The notes: generated by a model from the letters alone, not told the origin. A stretch of DNA of 59,562 bases, filler included, from Pirum gemmata (GCA_002812295.1; 7 parts of 7 records of this genome joined end to end with filler, not necessarily neighbours in it); one strand, 5' to 3'. Shown: positions 35,940 to 48,913, counted from the first letter of the whole stretch. Made by a program: numbers and translations.

Positions 35940-36220
35940 AAAAGTAATGATGCCCCAAACGGTCTATAGCAACTAAATTTTTGCAGAAAATCAGGTTGCA
36001 GACCATCAGATTTGCACTTTTTTCTCTTCTTATCACTTGTAGAATCTGCTTTCCTTTTTTCAGCTCCACGGGTTTGAACTTTGGAGTAAAGGCAAGAATT
36101 CGAATTTTTATGAACATTCTTGTAGTCAGGTAGGTCACTATCAGATATCTATCAGACTACTATCAGGCCCATATTTAAAAGCACATGGTTTTTTAAAATG
36201 TGTACATACCTCACAAGTTT
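35940..36220 (-). pseudogene. Disrupted Zn(II)2Cys6 (GAL4-type) DNA-binding domain
   Basis: TCEVCTHFKKPC is C-x2-C-x6-C. After an insertion and frameshift comes QEC/HKNSNSCLYSKVQTRGAEKRK (C-x6-C-x-Y, then basic residues). Confidence 0.45.
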
Positions 36221-38213
36221 TATTGTTATTGTTATTGTTATTGTTATTGCTATTGTTATTGTTATTGTTATTGTTACTTATTGTTATTGTTATTGTTATT
36301 GTTATTAATATTGTTATTGTTATTGATATTGTTATTGATATTGTTATTGTTATTGTTATTGATATTGATATTGTTATTGTTATTGTTATTGTTATTGTTA
36401 TTGTTATTGTTGTTGTTGTTGTTGTTGTTGATATTGTTGTTGTTGTTGTTGTTGTTGTTATTGTTGTTGTTATTGATATTGTTATTGTTATTGTTATTGT
36501 TATTGTTATTGTAACTAGTCTACCAAGTACCAAGCCGAATAAAAATGGCGACATTGACTAGACCGGGTCTAGCTAGCTAGGCTAGCTAGCCCTAAAGCTA
36601 TCATAGTAGTAGTAGAGGCACTGTAGAGCTATACATAAGTTTAGTATGATAGGTCGCTAGCTAGTAGCTAGCCTCCCCTCCCCGTCTATCTGATAGACTA
36701 GCTAGACTACTACTAGAGACTATGATATTAGACATGATACCAAACTACTAGTACCAAACTNTATACATAAGTTTAGTATGATAGGTCGCTAGCTAGTAGC
36801 TAGCCTCCCCTCCCCGTCTATCTGATAGACTAGCTAGACTACTACTAGAGACTATCATAGTAGTAGTAGAGGCACTGTAGAGCTATACATAAGTTTAGTA
36901 TGATAGGTCGCTAGCTAGTAGCTAGCCTCCCCTCCCCGTCTATCTGATAGACTAGCTAGACTACTACTAGAGACTATGATATTAGACATGATACCAAACT
37001 ACTAGTACCAAACTACCAATGACCTAGCTAGAGAGTTAGCTAGCTAGCTAGCTAGACTAATGACCTAGCTAGAGTTAGCTAGCTAGCTAGACCAATGACT
37101 AATGATAATAAATGATGTAAATTATGTAATGATTATTTTTTTCTGAGCCATGATTTTTTACATTATTAGTCTATGATACATAAAAAAATAAATATATTAA
37201 AATAATGATTTTTTAGATGATTTTTTTTATTTTCTTTGGTGATTTTCTTGGATTTTTTTATGATAGCTTTTTTATTAACTTTTTTAGTTATTTTTTTGCT
37301 ATTACTGTTCAGATTTTTATTTTCATGCCAAATTGCCAATAATACGAAGTCTAGCTAGAAATACTCTAGAAATAGGCTTCAAATAGCTACAAGCTATAGT
37401 ACTCTACTAGTGCCTTTTGGGTCTATCTGAGGGCTCCAGGTACTATCCAGATACTCCTCTCTAGCTAGCTAGTAGCTAGCTGGTAGTAGCTACCTACTCT
37501 AGCTATCGATATAGTGAAGACTGAAGCCTCTGGTAATAAAATTTATCAGCATTTTTTTTTTTCTTCAATAAAAAGGATAATATTTAATATTTATAAAAAT
37601 TATTATTATGATTATGAATTTATGATTATTATAATATTATGAATTTATGATATCATTATTATATCATCCTAAATAATACGGTTAGTCTATTATAATTTAT
37701 AAATAATAAAATTTAAAATAATATTTTATATAAGTGAATATACATAAATATAGTATAAATATATATACCTTACATTAGACTTATTTTAAGTACCGTAGTT
37801 AATAAATCGTAGTAATACATCGATCGCTATAAAAATCCAAGCATAAACTCACATAATAAATGACGTATGTGATATTTCTTATTATTTCTTATTATTTGCG
37901 TATTTTCTTCTTTACCATCTTTCATCTTATTGTTTTATCTTTATTGCTATTGCTATTACTATTGTTAATATTTTTATTATTTGTTATTATTGTTGTTATT
38001 AGTATTATTATTATTCTTAAAATATTATTTTTAAACCTCAGAGAAAGTAAACTTCTGGAAATTTGTTCTAGATAAAAACATAACGATATAATATAGCGGT
38101 GTACAATATTGCCTGTATTATTTTTAAAACTAAAATTGTTGCAGTCCAACAAGACTTAAACTTTAAAAAATCAAAATCCGTTTGGGTGGGCTTCCAGCGC
38201 AGTGACTTGATAA

Positions 38214-38783
38214 ATGATGGATAATCTTAACTTTAAAGTCGTTTTGCTAGGAGAAGGTTGTGTTGGCAAAACCTCCCTAGTTCTGCGGTATTGTCAAAAT
38301 TCGTTCAATGAAAAGCACGTTTCTACTTTACAGGTTTTTGTCTTCCTTTAACTTTTTCCTTGATTTTCTTATTTTCTGGTTTTTCCTTTTTTCTCTTTTT
38401 CTTTTTCCATAATTGTTTGTCTTATTCTTAATCGCCAAGTTGTATTTTTTTTTAAGTGTTGGTTATGTTATACTGCCTCTCAACTGGTGCTTACACTTAT
38501 TTTCTCGTACTTCCTGCTTTTCATTTATTGAAGCACATATACTTTACCTTTCCTCATTTATGTCCCTTTCTACCTTACAAATTAAGTGTTATTAAAGTCC
38601 AACTTTTATTATTATGTTTTGCTGGAAAAGGCTCATTTCTTGGAAAAAAGGTTAAATATTGACCGTAAGCGTGTAGTTATTTCAATCTGGGATACTGCAG
38701 GTCAAGAGCGCTTCCACGCACTTGGACCGATATACTATAGAGATAGTCATGGTGCTATTCTTGTTTATGACATCACCGATAGA
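38214..38783 (+). CDS. RAB21: Rab21 GTPase, exons 38214-38333 and 38631-38783; 3' exons absent
   Basis: FKVVLLGEGCVGKTSLVLRY...STLQ joined to AHFLEK...IWDTAGQERFHALGPIYYRDSHGAILVYDITD, with GT-AG boundaries in phase 0. Confidence 0.93.
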
Positions 38784-38870
38784 GTTTGTTTATTTTATAG
38801 TTGTGCCATGTTATGTTATTGAATATTTTTTTATTTGTTTTATCTTATGCTTTTGTGTTGTTGGTTAATT

Positions 38871-38923
38871 CTATGATTGGCCTACCACCCCTATTTTATT
38901 ATTAATATTACTATTACTATTAC

Positions 38924-38971
<48 letters not shown>

Positions 38972-39686
38972 TGTAATTGTTTTTAATAAAACAGGAATAG
39001 TTATTAATTATTTGATCAACATTATGGTAATGTGATATATTATACTCATCAACATCACTAATTTCATTAACCAATTCTTTGCTATTTAAATACTCCCAAT
39101 CACTTTGTAATCTAACTACATCACCATTACCCAAAAACTCCTCAGCTGTTAATCCATATAATAACTCATTACTCCTTGTCTTTTTCCTTTTTTTCCATAC
39201 AGAAAAATAAATAATTAACAACGCAATCCCAGCAATAGCAACAGAACCTAAAACGCTACTACTAATTAAAATAATATTATCTTTATCATCTTCTTGCTGT
39301 TGTTCAAAAATAGTTTCGCATAAAAGTGTGTTCATGTTATAAGTATGAGTATCATTTTCACATTGGTTTGAAGCTTGAGTAATACTAATACAACTAGCAT
39401 AACCTAAATCATTAAGAATGTTAGGATTTAACCTAAATTCTTTGCTTTGCTTTGTACAAATTCCATTTAAATCAATACATGTATAGTCTTTTTCGTTGTA
39501 CATATGCGATTTAAAGGGGGGTTTGGTTTCACAACTTTCGCGAAAAGCGGCCACTTTTTCGCAAGTGTATTTGATATTAAAATATTCGTATTCATAATTT
39601 TCTTTGGTAGTTAATTGTTTAGTTTCGTTGTACAAATCTTTGCAGGTATATTGTATAAGAGACCCATGCCTTGTTTCATTTACCAA
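38871..39686 (-). CDS. Type I membrane protein fragment (Cys-containing ectodomain, TM, Tyr-bearing tail)
   Basis: TM IILISSSVLGSVAIAGIALLIIYFSVW followed by KKRKK. The 5' end is lost at the contig end and the 3' end runs into (AAT)n. Confidence 0.75.
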
Positions 39687-39837
39687 TGAATAAATACCAT
39701 AACTATATATATTTATATATAGTAATAGTAATAGTAANNNNNNNNNNNNNNNNNNNNNNNNNNNNNNNNNNNNNNNNNNNNTTAATTAATTAANNNNNNN
39801 NNNNNNNNNNNNNNNNNNNNNNNNNNNNNNNNNNNNN

Positions 39838-39869
<32 letters not shown>

Positions 39870-39880
39870 AATGGTATTAA

Positions 39881-39916
<36 letters not shown>

Positions 39917-40042
39917 AAGCTATATTAGTGGTATTATTTCACTACTATATAGTAATGCTATAGCTATAACTACTACTAGTATAGTACTACATATATTAAT
40001 ACTACCACGTGTATATATACTACTACTATTAATACTATTTTA

Positions 40043-40088
<46 letters not shown>

Positions 40089-40149
40089 TTATTATTATTA
40101 TTATTATTATTATATAGACTACTAATACTATAGCTACTATTACTATTAC

Positions 40150-40193
<44 letters not shown>

Positions 40194-41268
40194 GTACCAC
40201 TAACTACTACTACTACTAAGTACTACTACTACTACTACTAAGTACTACTACTACTACTACTACTACTATAGCTATTACTACTATTACTACTACTACTGTA
40301 CTACGACTACTACTACTACTACAACTACTACTACTAGTGGGAGTGGGAGTAACATCAATACTGTTATAATTATAAAAATATATTGTAATATTAATTAATT
40401 ATATATAACAATTAATTAATTAATTGATATATTGACAGATATATAATATAATTATATGAAGGAGGACTGGTATTAATATTTGAATATTTGATTTTTAATT
40501 TTCACTATTTTTATGGAAGTTCATACCTAGAATTTTATGAACCAATGTTGTAATATTTCTTGTAATAATTTTAAATTTGTATTAATAATAATCATTGTTT
40601 AATTTTAAATTAATGGGGTTAGGGTTAGGGTTAGTGTTAGAGTTAGGGTTAGGGTTATAAATTAGGGTTAGCGTTAGCGTTAGCGTTAGGATTAGCGTTA
40701 GCGTTAGCGTTAGCGTTAGAGTTAGGGTTAGAGTTAGGGTTAGGGTTAGGGTTAGGGTTAGGGTTAGGATTAGATTAGGGTTAGGGTTATAATTAGCTAT
40801 AGGGTTAAGGTTACATTAGATTATAATTAGGGTTAGGGTTACATTAGGGTTAGCGTTAGGTGTAGGGTTAGATTAAGGGTAAGGGTTAAAAATAGGGTTA
40901 GGGTTAGGGTTTGGGTTAGGGTTAGGTTTAAAATTAGGGTTATGTTTAGAATTTGGTTAAGGGTTAGGTTAAATGTTACATTATAATTATAATTCTATTA
41001 TATAATATTTAATATATAAACTTATAAGTATAGTATTAATATTAATAATATTACAAAACTATATATCAATACTACTATGTTATAATTAGTAAATTAAAAT
41101 TGCAAGTAAATTTAAATATTAATCATCTTTTAATTTTCTTGTACGGATATTGATTAAAATAGTAATTATTATAATATTATGAATAGTATTAATTATTTTA
41201 ATTAAAGATAGTATTACAGTTCTTCATAAAATATACAATAAAACAGTGTCAAATTATTATTATTACAT

Positions 41269-41589
41269 CCATTTTACTAAATTTGATATATTTTATTATC
41301 TATTTATTCATTTAAAAATGTCAATTTAAATTTTATAACCCTCCAAATAAATATTCACAGTGACAAAATAAATGAAAAGCACAATGTATATTATAATATG
41401 TATTATAGTGCTTTTCAGTTGTTTTGTCATCATAAAAATATACAATAAATAGTACCAAATAAATACAATATAAATCCATTTGATATATTCTGGTATATTT
41501 TATTATTTACGTATTGATTTAAAAATGTCAATTTAAAGATTATAACTCTCCAAATAAATATTTAGAGTGATAAAATTAATGAAAAGCAC
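41269..41589 (+). mobile_element. Two adjacent MITE family A copies (partial 41269-41383, full 41408-41589)
   Basis: TIRs gtgcttttcagttgttttgtca and tgataaaattaatgaaaagcac. Confidence 0.85.
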
Positions 41590-43291
41590 GATAGTTAATG
41601 TAAAAGTTGATTTTTAATTTTTTTTTAATATTAATAAAAAAAATTTCTTTTATTATTTTCACTATTTCTATGGAATTTTCATATTTTGTTATAAGGAATA
41701 ATTATTTTCATCAACTTTGAATTTATGGTAATAATATTATGTAATTCATTTTAATGAAAATTTAATATTAATTAATTTATATTTTATTTATTACTTTTTA
41801 TAATATTGATTGATTGTTTAATCGATTATATAATATAGAGTTATAATTAGGGTTAGGGTTCTTAATTAATTAATAGGGTTAGGGTTAGGAGTTAGGAGTT
41901 AGGGTTAGGGTTAAGTTTAGGGAAATAATATTGCTATTTTAAGATTAGAAAATTCATTATTAGCGTAAGTTAAGTTGGGACTATTCCTATGGAATTTTCA
42001 TATTTTGTAAGGAATAATTAACATTATCATTATGCATCTTTGAATTTATGACAATAATGTGTAATTAATATTTTAATATTATTAATTAATATTAATACTT
42101 TTTATAATATTAATATTGATTGATTGTTTAATTGTTTATATAATATATGATATAGCTATAGGATTATAATTAGTTATAATTAGGGTTAGGGGTTAGGGGT
42201 TAGGGTTAGGGTTAGGGTTAGAGTTAGAGTTAGGGTTAGAGTTAGGGAAATTGGTATTATAAGATTAGAAAATTTATTATAAGCTTAATTAAGTTAAAGT
42301 TGGGGTTGGGATTATAAATTAGGCTTGGGATTAGGGTTATAAATATTAGGGTTAGGGCCAGGGTTAGGGCTAAGGTTAGCGTTAAGGTTAAGGTTTTAAG
42401 GTTAAGGTTAGGGTTAGGGTTAAGGTTAGGGTTAGGGTTAGGGTTAGGGTTAGGGTTATAATTAGGGTTAGGGTTAGGGTTAGGGTTAGGGGTTACGGTT
42501 AGGGTTAGTTAGAATCGTATAACATAATATTAATACTGATCATGATTATAATATATTTATATAATGTGGAAAAATAAATGTAAGGCACAATAATTAATAC
42601 GATATCTGTAAATTAATACATATTAATCCATTTAATTTTAGTTTGTTATATTTTATTATCCCCTTATTCATTTAAAAAATGGCAATATATAGGTTATGAT
42701 CCGCCAAATAAATATTCGGAGTGGAAAACAAATGAAAGACACTTATATATAATTAATTTTAAAATTAATATTAATATCTGTAATTAATACTATATAAATT
42801 GTCATTAAAACTTATGATAATATATAATTATCATGTTTTTCAATAGTGATGTCCAATTCAAAAACTGAAATAAACGTTCCAAATTATTATTATGTTTAAA
42901 CCTAAACCTAACCCTAACCCTAACCCTAACCCTAACCCGTAACCGTAACCCTAACCCTAACCGTAACCCTTACCCTAACCCTTACCCTTAATGGACAATT
43001 GTAATGAAATTTTTAAAATAGACGATATTTATAATAATTGACATTTTTTGAAATTAGTTATTATATTATATATATATTATACATTTTTTTTAAAAAAAAA
43101 GTATATAAAGTTTCTGATTTCCAATGATTTTTTTAAAAATTCAAAAACATCCAAACTGCTTATAATAAATATAATTAATATTCTAATTTCTCAAATAATA
43201 AATACAATATTTACAATATTATTATCATATATAATTAATTACAATTAATTAAACATAACTTTTACTTAAAAAACTAACCACCAGTCTAGCT

Positions 43292-45592
43292 ATGTTGAAG
43301 TTTGCTTTGTTCGCCTTATCCACCGTTTTCGTCAGTGGCTCACATGACCAATGGGATAATCGCCGAGTACATAAAGAAGAGCAGCCACAACGTACCTAAC
43401 CCTAACCCTAACCCTAACTCCTAACTCCTAATTAGCTCCTAACTCCAAACCCCAACCGTAACTCCAACCCCAACCCTAACCCCAACCCTAACTCCTAACT
43501 CCAACCCTAACTCTAACCCTAACTCTAACCCTAACACAAACCCTAATCTTAACCCTAACCCAATTACTAACCCGTATAATTATAACCAATTCATCCACTT
43601 ATTATTATTATTAATTATTATACTATATATATATAAAGGTGTGATGGCGGCTCAAGCATTGCAATTGGAAAGCTTCATGGGACGGTGGTTTCAAGTCATG
43701 ACTAACCAAATTACAGCTTCAAGATTAGGCAACTTGGAAAAATGTACCACTTTTGATTGTAAGTTACATTTTTATTATTAATAAAGGGTTTAAAGAGTGA
43801 GGGTTAAAAGGGGGTGTAATTATATATATAATTGATATCATATATATTACTATTATTAATTATTATATATATAATTATATAAATATATTAATAAATAAAT
43901 ATTTATTTTCCAACAGTTTTTTCTGGACCTAATGGCAAGGTCGAAGCTGTGGAAACTTCTAACCCTCTGTTTGATTCTCAAATTCGAATGCAAACTTTTG
44001 TTGAATTGGAAATCCCAAATCCAGGACAACCTTCAAAATGGAAACTTTCTTCTTCCAAAAGCTTGTTTAAAAACTGTAATTCTTTACCTAACTCTCTAAC
44101 ACTTTAATTCTAACACTAACACTAACTGCTCCTGCCTCTTTACTTAGCCTAACCAATTAATATTTTGCCAAAAATAAAATAAAATAAAAAATATTTTTTT
44201 CTTCTATTAAAAATTAATATATATAATTGTATAGTTTGGATTCTGAAAGTGGGACCTAAAGTTCAAGAGAAATACGAATACAGCATTATTTCTGATCCTA
44301 CTGGTCAAACTTTATATGTTCTTGCTCGAAATGTACAAAACTTTCAATCTCACTACAAACAAGAAGTAATGCAAAGTTTGCAGAGATTGGGTTTAAACAA
44401 AATGATGACTCACGGCTCAATCATGACAAAGCCAATGGAAGTTATACAAACTGATTGTAATTATGCACCATCTCCACCTCAACCAGTCCAACAACTCGAA
44501 ACAGCTGGTAATGTATACGTATGCGTAACCTTACCCCGTACAACCCTAAACCTAACCCAAATCCTAATCCTAACTCAAACTAACTCAAACCCATATACAA
44601 CGTATTGTTAATATAATGAGCAGAAATGACCGGTCGCTGGTATGGACTTTACGAAAATGAAAATATTAAAATGCGACTTCCACCAAATGCTAAATGCAAC
44701 TATGCTGAAGGTTAAAACTAAAAAAAATATAATTCTAATCCCAACCTGTATTGCTGTATTATAATATAATATATTTATGTATCTTTTTATTACTAATATA
44801 CTATTAATATATATTTATTCATCTTTTTATTATTAATTAATTATATAATTATTAGTCGAGAGATTAAGCAAAAATCAAATGAAATGTACCTTAACCACAC
44901 AAACTGGAAGAGATCGCTTACACACAAGAAGAATGTTTTACTCCATTCCTGATATGAAAAGACCAGGTGAACTACTTATTAGCTCTAGAACAAGAGAAAT
45001 GTTTGAATTGCCAATGGAATCAGGTTAGGGGTTAACGTTAGGGTTAGGGTTAGGGTTAGGGTTATGAAAAATGTAAAAGTTGTTTGAACTGCCAATGGAA
45101 TCAGGTTAGGGTTAGGGTTAGGTACCAAGAGTACCATCGCCACCACCATCATTATATATATGAAAAATGTAAAAGTTGGTAATGTTTATAAATATATAAT
45201 TATTATTAATATTATTATTAATATTACTCATATAGGTTTGATTATCAAAGTCGGTCCTGTTGTTAAAGGTCAATATCAATATGCTATTTTCTCTGATGCC
45301 TTAAGACAATCTGTGGAAGTTATCGTGCGTGATATTCCAGAATTTGACAGAAAATACAAGGTTTCAATCTTTTTTTTGCATAATTATATAATTCAATATT
45401 GCTTATAATATATGTTTTATTTATATATAATTATTTATTAATTTTCAAAATTAAATTTTTTAAATACAGGATGAAGTATTACAATTTTTAGATAATTTAC
45501 ATTTTATGGATTCTATGTTTACCCAACCAGTTCGAGTAAATCATGCAGACTGCATTTATCAAGAACAAAGTGATAGAAGAATCGAGTTGTAA
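43292..45592 (+). CDS. Secreted tandem double-lipocalin protein, 8 exons (43292-43391, 43639-43758, 43917-44075, 44235-44507, ~44624-44710, 44856-45023, 45236-45360, 45470-45592)
   Basis: Signal peptide MLKFALFALSTVFVSG. Two GRW[F/Y] motifs (FMGRWFQV, MTGRWYGL) and two KVGP...YxYxIxSD...LYVLAR/VEVIVR motifs. All introns are GT-AG and keep the frame. Ends in RIEL. Confidence 0.88.
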
Positions 45593-45820
45593 TAACTTTG
45601 TAATATTGTGGTTTTGCATTATTGCATTTTTTTTTTTTTTTTTTTTTAAAAATTAATTAATAAAAAAATATAAAACATATATAATTTTTGACTTTATATT
45701 ATATTATTATATTATTAGTATTAGCTATAGATGGTGCTTATAATTATTATAATTATTATTATTATCAGTATTTAATAGGGTTAGGGTTAGGGTTAGGGTT
45801 AGGTATATAATAATATTATT

Positions 45821-45993
45821 GTGCTTTTCATTTATTTTGTCACTCCGGAAATTTATTTGGTTGGTTATAATATTTAAATTGACATTCTTTTAAAAATGAA
45901 TAAATAGATAATAAAATATACCAAAATTAAATGAAATGGATTTTATTGTATGATATAATATTATTTTATGATGACAAAACAACTGAAAAGCAC
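45821..45993 (-). mobile_element. MITE family A, full length
   Basis: Both TIRs present. Confidence 0.85.
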
Positions 45994-46430
45994 ATGTACA
46001 ATAATATATATAATTTTTATAAATCATATAAAGCCCCTATCAGGGCCCTATCTGATATCATATTATTATCCGATATCATAAATATCAGATAATTATAGTC
46101 TCGTCGTGGTGGGGGTAACCGAAGTTCAATGTGGTCGTGGTGGGCAAGCTAGCTATGATAGCTAGCTAGCTCTCTACTACTGCTATCGATATGATAGCTA
46201 CTACTACAGTATCATACTACTAGCTAGCTAGACTATCAATATCATAATATTATTATTATGATATTATTATCATATCGATAATACTATCCTATACTATCAT
46301 ACTACTCTACCTAGCTACTAGCCTAACCCTAACCCTAACCCTAACCTTAAATTTAAAAACTAACCCTAGTAGCTAGCCCTAACCCTCTAGCTAGCTAGCT
46401 AGTCTACTGTCTATAACCCTAACCCTCTAA

Positions 46431-46656
46431 TCTCTATTCGTCAGAGGGTCGTAAATTTACGACAGGGCCATAAATTGATGACCTTTTATCTCAAATCCAA
46501 CGCAATTGAGACAAAAAGTATATCAAATGAAAGGAAATTACGTCAATTTTAAGTGGTGAAAGTATCGTGTCATTCATTCTTATTTCCCGAAAAGTTTGTC
46601 AAAGTAAAACAGTAAAACGTCATCAATTGATGACATAGCGCGCTGACGAATAGAGA
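46431..46656. mobile_element. MITE-like element with 14-bp TIRs
   Basis: tctctattcgtcag at 46431-46444 and ctgacgaatagaga at 46643-46656. No clear TSD. Confidence 0.6.
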
Positions 46657-47620
46657 AGTCTAACTAGCTAGTAGCTAGCTAGAGAAGAGGTTGAAAAGAA
46701 GTTGAAAAGAGATCCCATGCGCATGCACGCAGCACGTAATTATAATTAATTTTCTTATCTTTTTTTTTTTTTAGCCTTTCTCTGTAGACCTACCTATTAG
46801 GCACAGAGGAAATAGACTCAGTATAGCCTTTCTAATTAATTTTTTTTTTTTTTTTTTTTTAGTATCATAGTCTATAGACCGTCTCGTCGTCTCGACTCTC
46901 GACGTCTCGTAGTATCAGATAGCTAGTAGCTATGATACTAGCTAGCTAGCTAGTAGCTAGCTAAGAGATATTAATTAAAAAATAATTTTTAATTATTTTT
47001 ATATGAATCGACTGATACCACTGTACCAGTATAATATAGTAGACTGACTAAACGATAAATCAAACGAATCATGCAAAACTCCAAACGAAGTACTTGTTGA
47101 GGACTTGTTGGCATTCACTCATTCATTAGAATTTATAATAATATATCAATATTATTGAATAGTATTATCATAATACATCATAATAATGATTTATCATATG
47201 CATGTATTTTATAATTCTATAATCGATGCTTAATTAAGTGTATAATTGAGCTTGTTTAAAATACAAATTGAAGTGTAAAATACCAAATTAATTAAAACAT
47301 GTCTGATAGTTTAACCATAATAAAAAGTTTTTACTTTACTTTTGGGTACTTTTTGAACTGGCTAGTCTACCCTGGTAGACTCTAGTCTATTGAAAAACAT
47401 TGAAAAACCCATATTGAAAAACACGATAATATAGCTGATCTAGTATAGCTGATAATATTATTATGTATTTTTTTATTTATTTTATTTTATTTTATTTTAT
47501 TTTATTTTATTTATGTATTTTTATTATATCGATAATAACTATCATATCATGAATACAATGTCATATCATATCATATTAAACATTTAATAGCTATTATTAT
47601 TAATAATAATAATTATTATC

Positions 47621-47786
47621 ATGCTTTTCATTTATTTTGTCACTTTGAATACTTATTTGGAGGGCTATAATCTTTTTAAATTCACATTAAAAATAAATAG
47701 ATAGATAATGAAGTTATATTGTATTAAAATTTATTAATAGTACTCTTTATTGTATATTTTATGATGACAAAACAACTAAAAAGCAC
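47621..47786 (-). mobile_element. MITE family A (another copy starts at 47898 and is cut by the spacer)
   Basis: atgcttttcatttattttgtca...tgacaaaacaactaaaaagcac. Confidence 0.8.
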
Positions 47787-48732
47787 TATCAGACTAGACT
47801 ACTTATCCATCTGACTTATCCTGACTTATCTATGTACCGGTCTGTACCGGTATAATTATGACTAGTCTACCCACTTATTTTTGGGTATTTTTGTATTGTG
47901 CTTTTCATTTATTTTGTCACTCCGAATATTTATTNNNNNNNNNNNNNNNNNNNNNNNNNNNNNNNNNNNNNNNNNNNNTTAATTAATTAANNNNNNNNNN
48001 NNNNNNNNNNNNNNNNNNNNNNNNNNNNNNNNNNCGTGGATAATATTATTTGCTTTGTCATTATCATGATATTTTGTCTTTTAAGACTCCCCCACCCTAA
48101 CCCTAAAAAAATACTTTATTTGAACTTTATTACGTAATATAGTAACGAATTTAAAATATCTATATAAGGAAAATATTGGGTGAAGTAGTCTTCAAGTAGA
48201 TGCACCGAGTATGATAGTCTTGATAGATGCATAAGCTGATGCATATTATTATTATTGCATACCGGTGTTCTTGATAATATAATATATATCAGAAGTATGT
48301 CAGATATATCATATATTGATATTCATAGGCTAATAACCCTCGTAGCTTAACTCTAACTAGCCTAACCCTAATAACATGCATATGATTTCATCCACAAAAA
48401 AAAAAAATGAAGAGCAGTGCTATGATACACGTACGTATACAGTTATATATTAATATATAGAGTATACGTAAATACGTAAATGTAGTTAATTATAGTAGTA
48501 ATTTGTTGATTTGTTTCATAGCACTTTTGTTATAATTAAAAGTTAATGATTGTTGTTTGGTTTTGACTTGTTGTACTTTTCATAATAATACCATCTAGAT
48601 AATACCATAAATAATGTATAGTAATATTAATGGCATCTGTACATGACATTGTATTGGATTTTTAATACTTTTTAAATTTTGTTCCTAATTATAGCATTGT
48701 TGCGGCCTTTGTTATTAATATATATATATATA

Positions 48733-48913
48733 GTGCTTTTCAGTTGTTTTGTCATCATAAAGTATACAATAAAGAGTACCAAATTAATACAATATAAATC
48801 CATTTCATTTAATTTGGTATATTTTTTTATACATTTATTTATTTAAAAGTATCGATTTAAATATTATAAACAACCAAATAAATATTCGAAGTGACAAAAT
48901 AAACGAAAAGCAC
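48733..48913 (+). mobile_element. MITE family A reference copy (181 bp, ~22-bp TIRs)
   Basis: gtgcttttcagttgttttgtca...tgacaaaataaacgaaaagcac in a TA-rich site. Further copies at ~5605-5756, ~42608-42742, 50547-50727 and 54552-54701. Confidence 0.9.

Noticed and set aside
36600..37014. Triplicated ~95-160-bp block
   Set aside because: The copies are identical and separated by a single N, typical of scaffolding overlap. Other local duplications (14059-14209, 49202-49430, 52113-52490, 55081-55498) are unremarkable.
8008..48034. Recurring TTAATTAATTAA palindrome at ~8-kb spacing
   Set aside because: It is always centred in 44+44 Ns, so it is an assembly spacer. The spacing reflects contig length and no synteny can be inferred across it.
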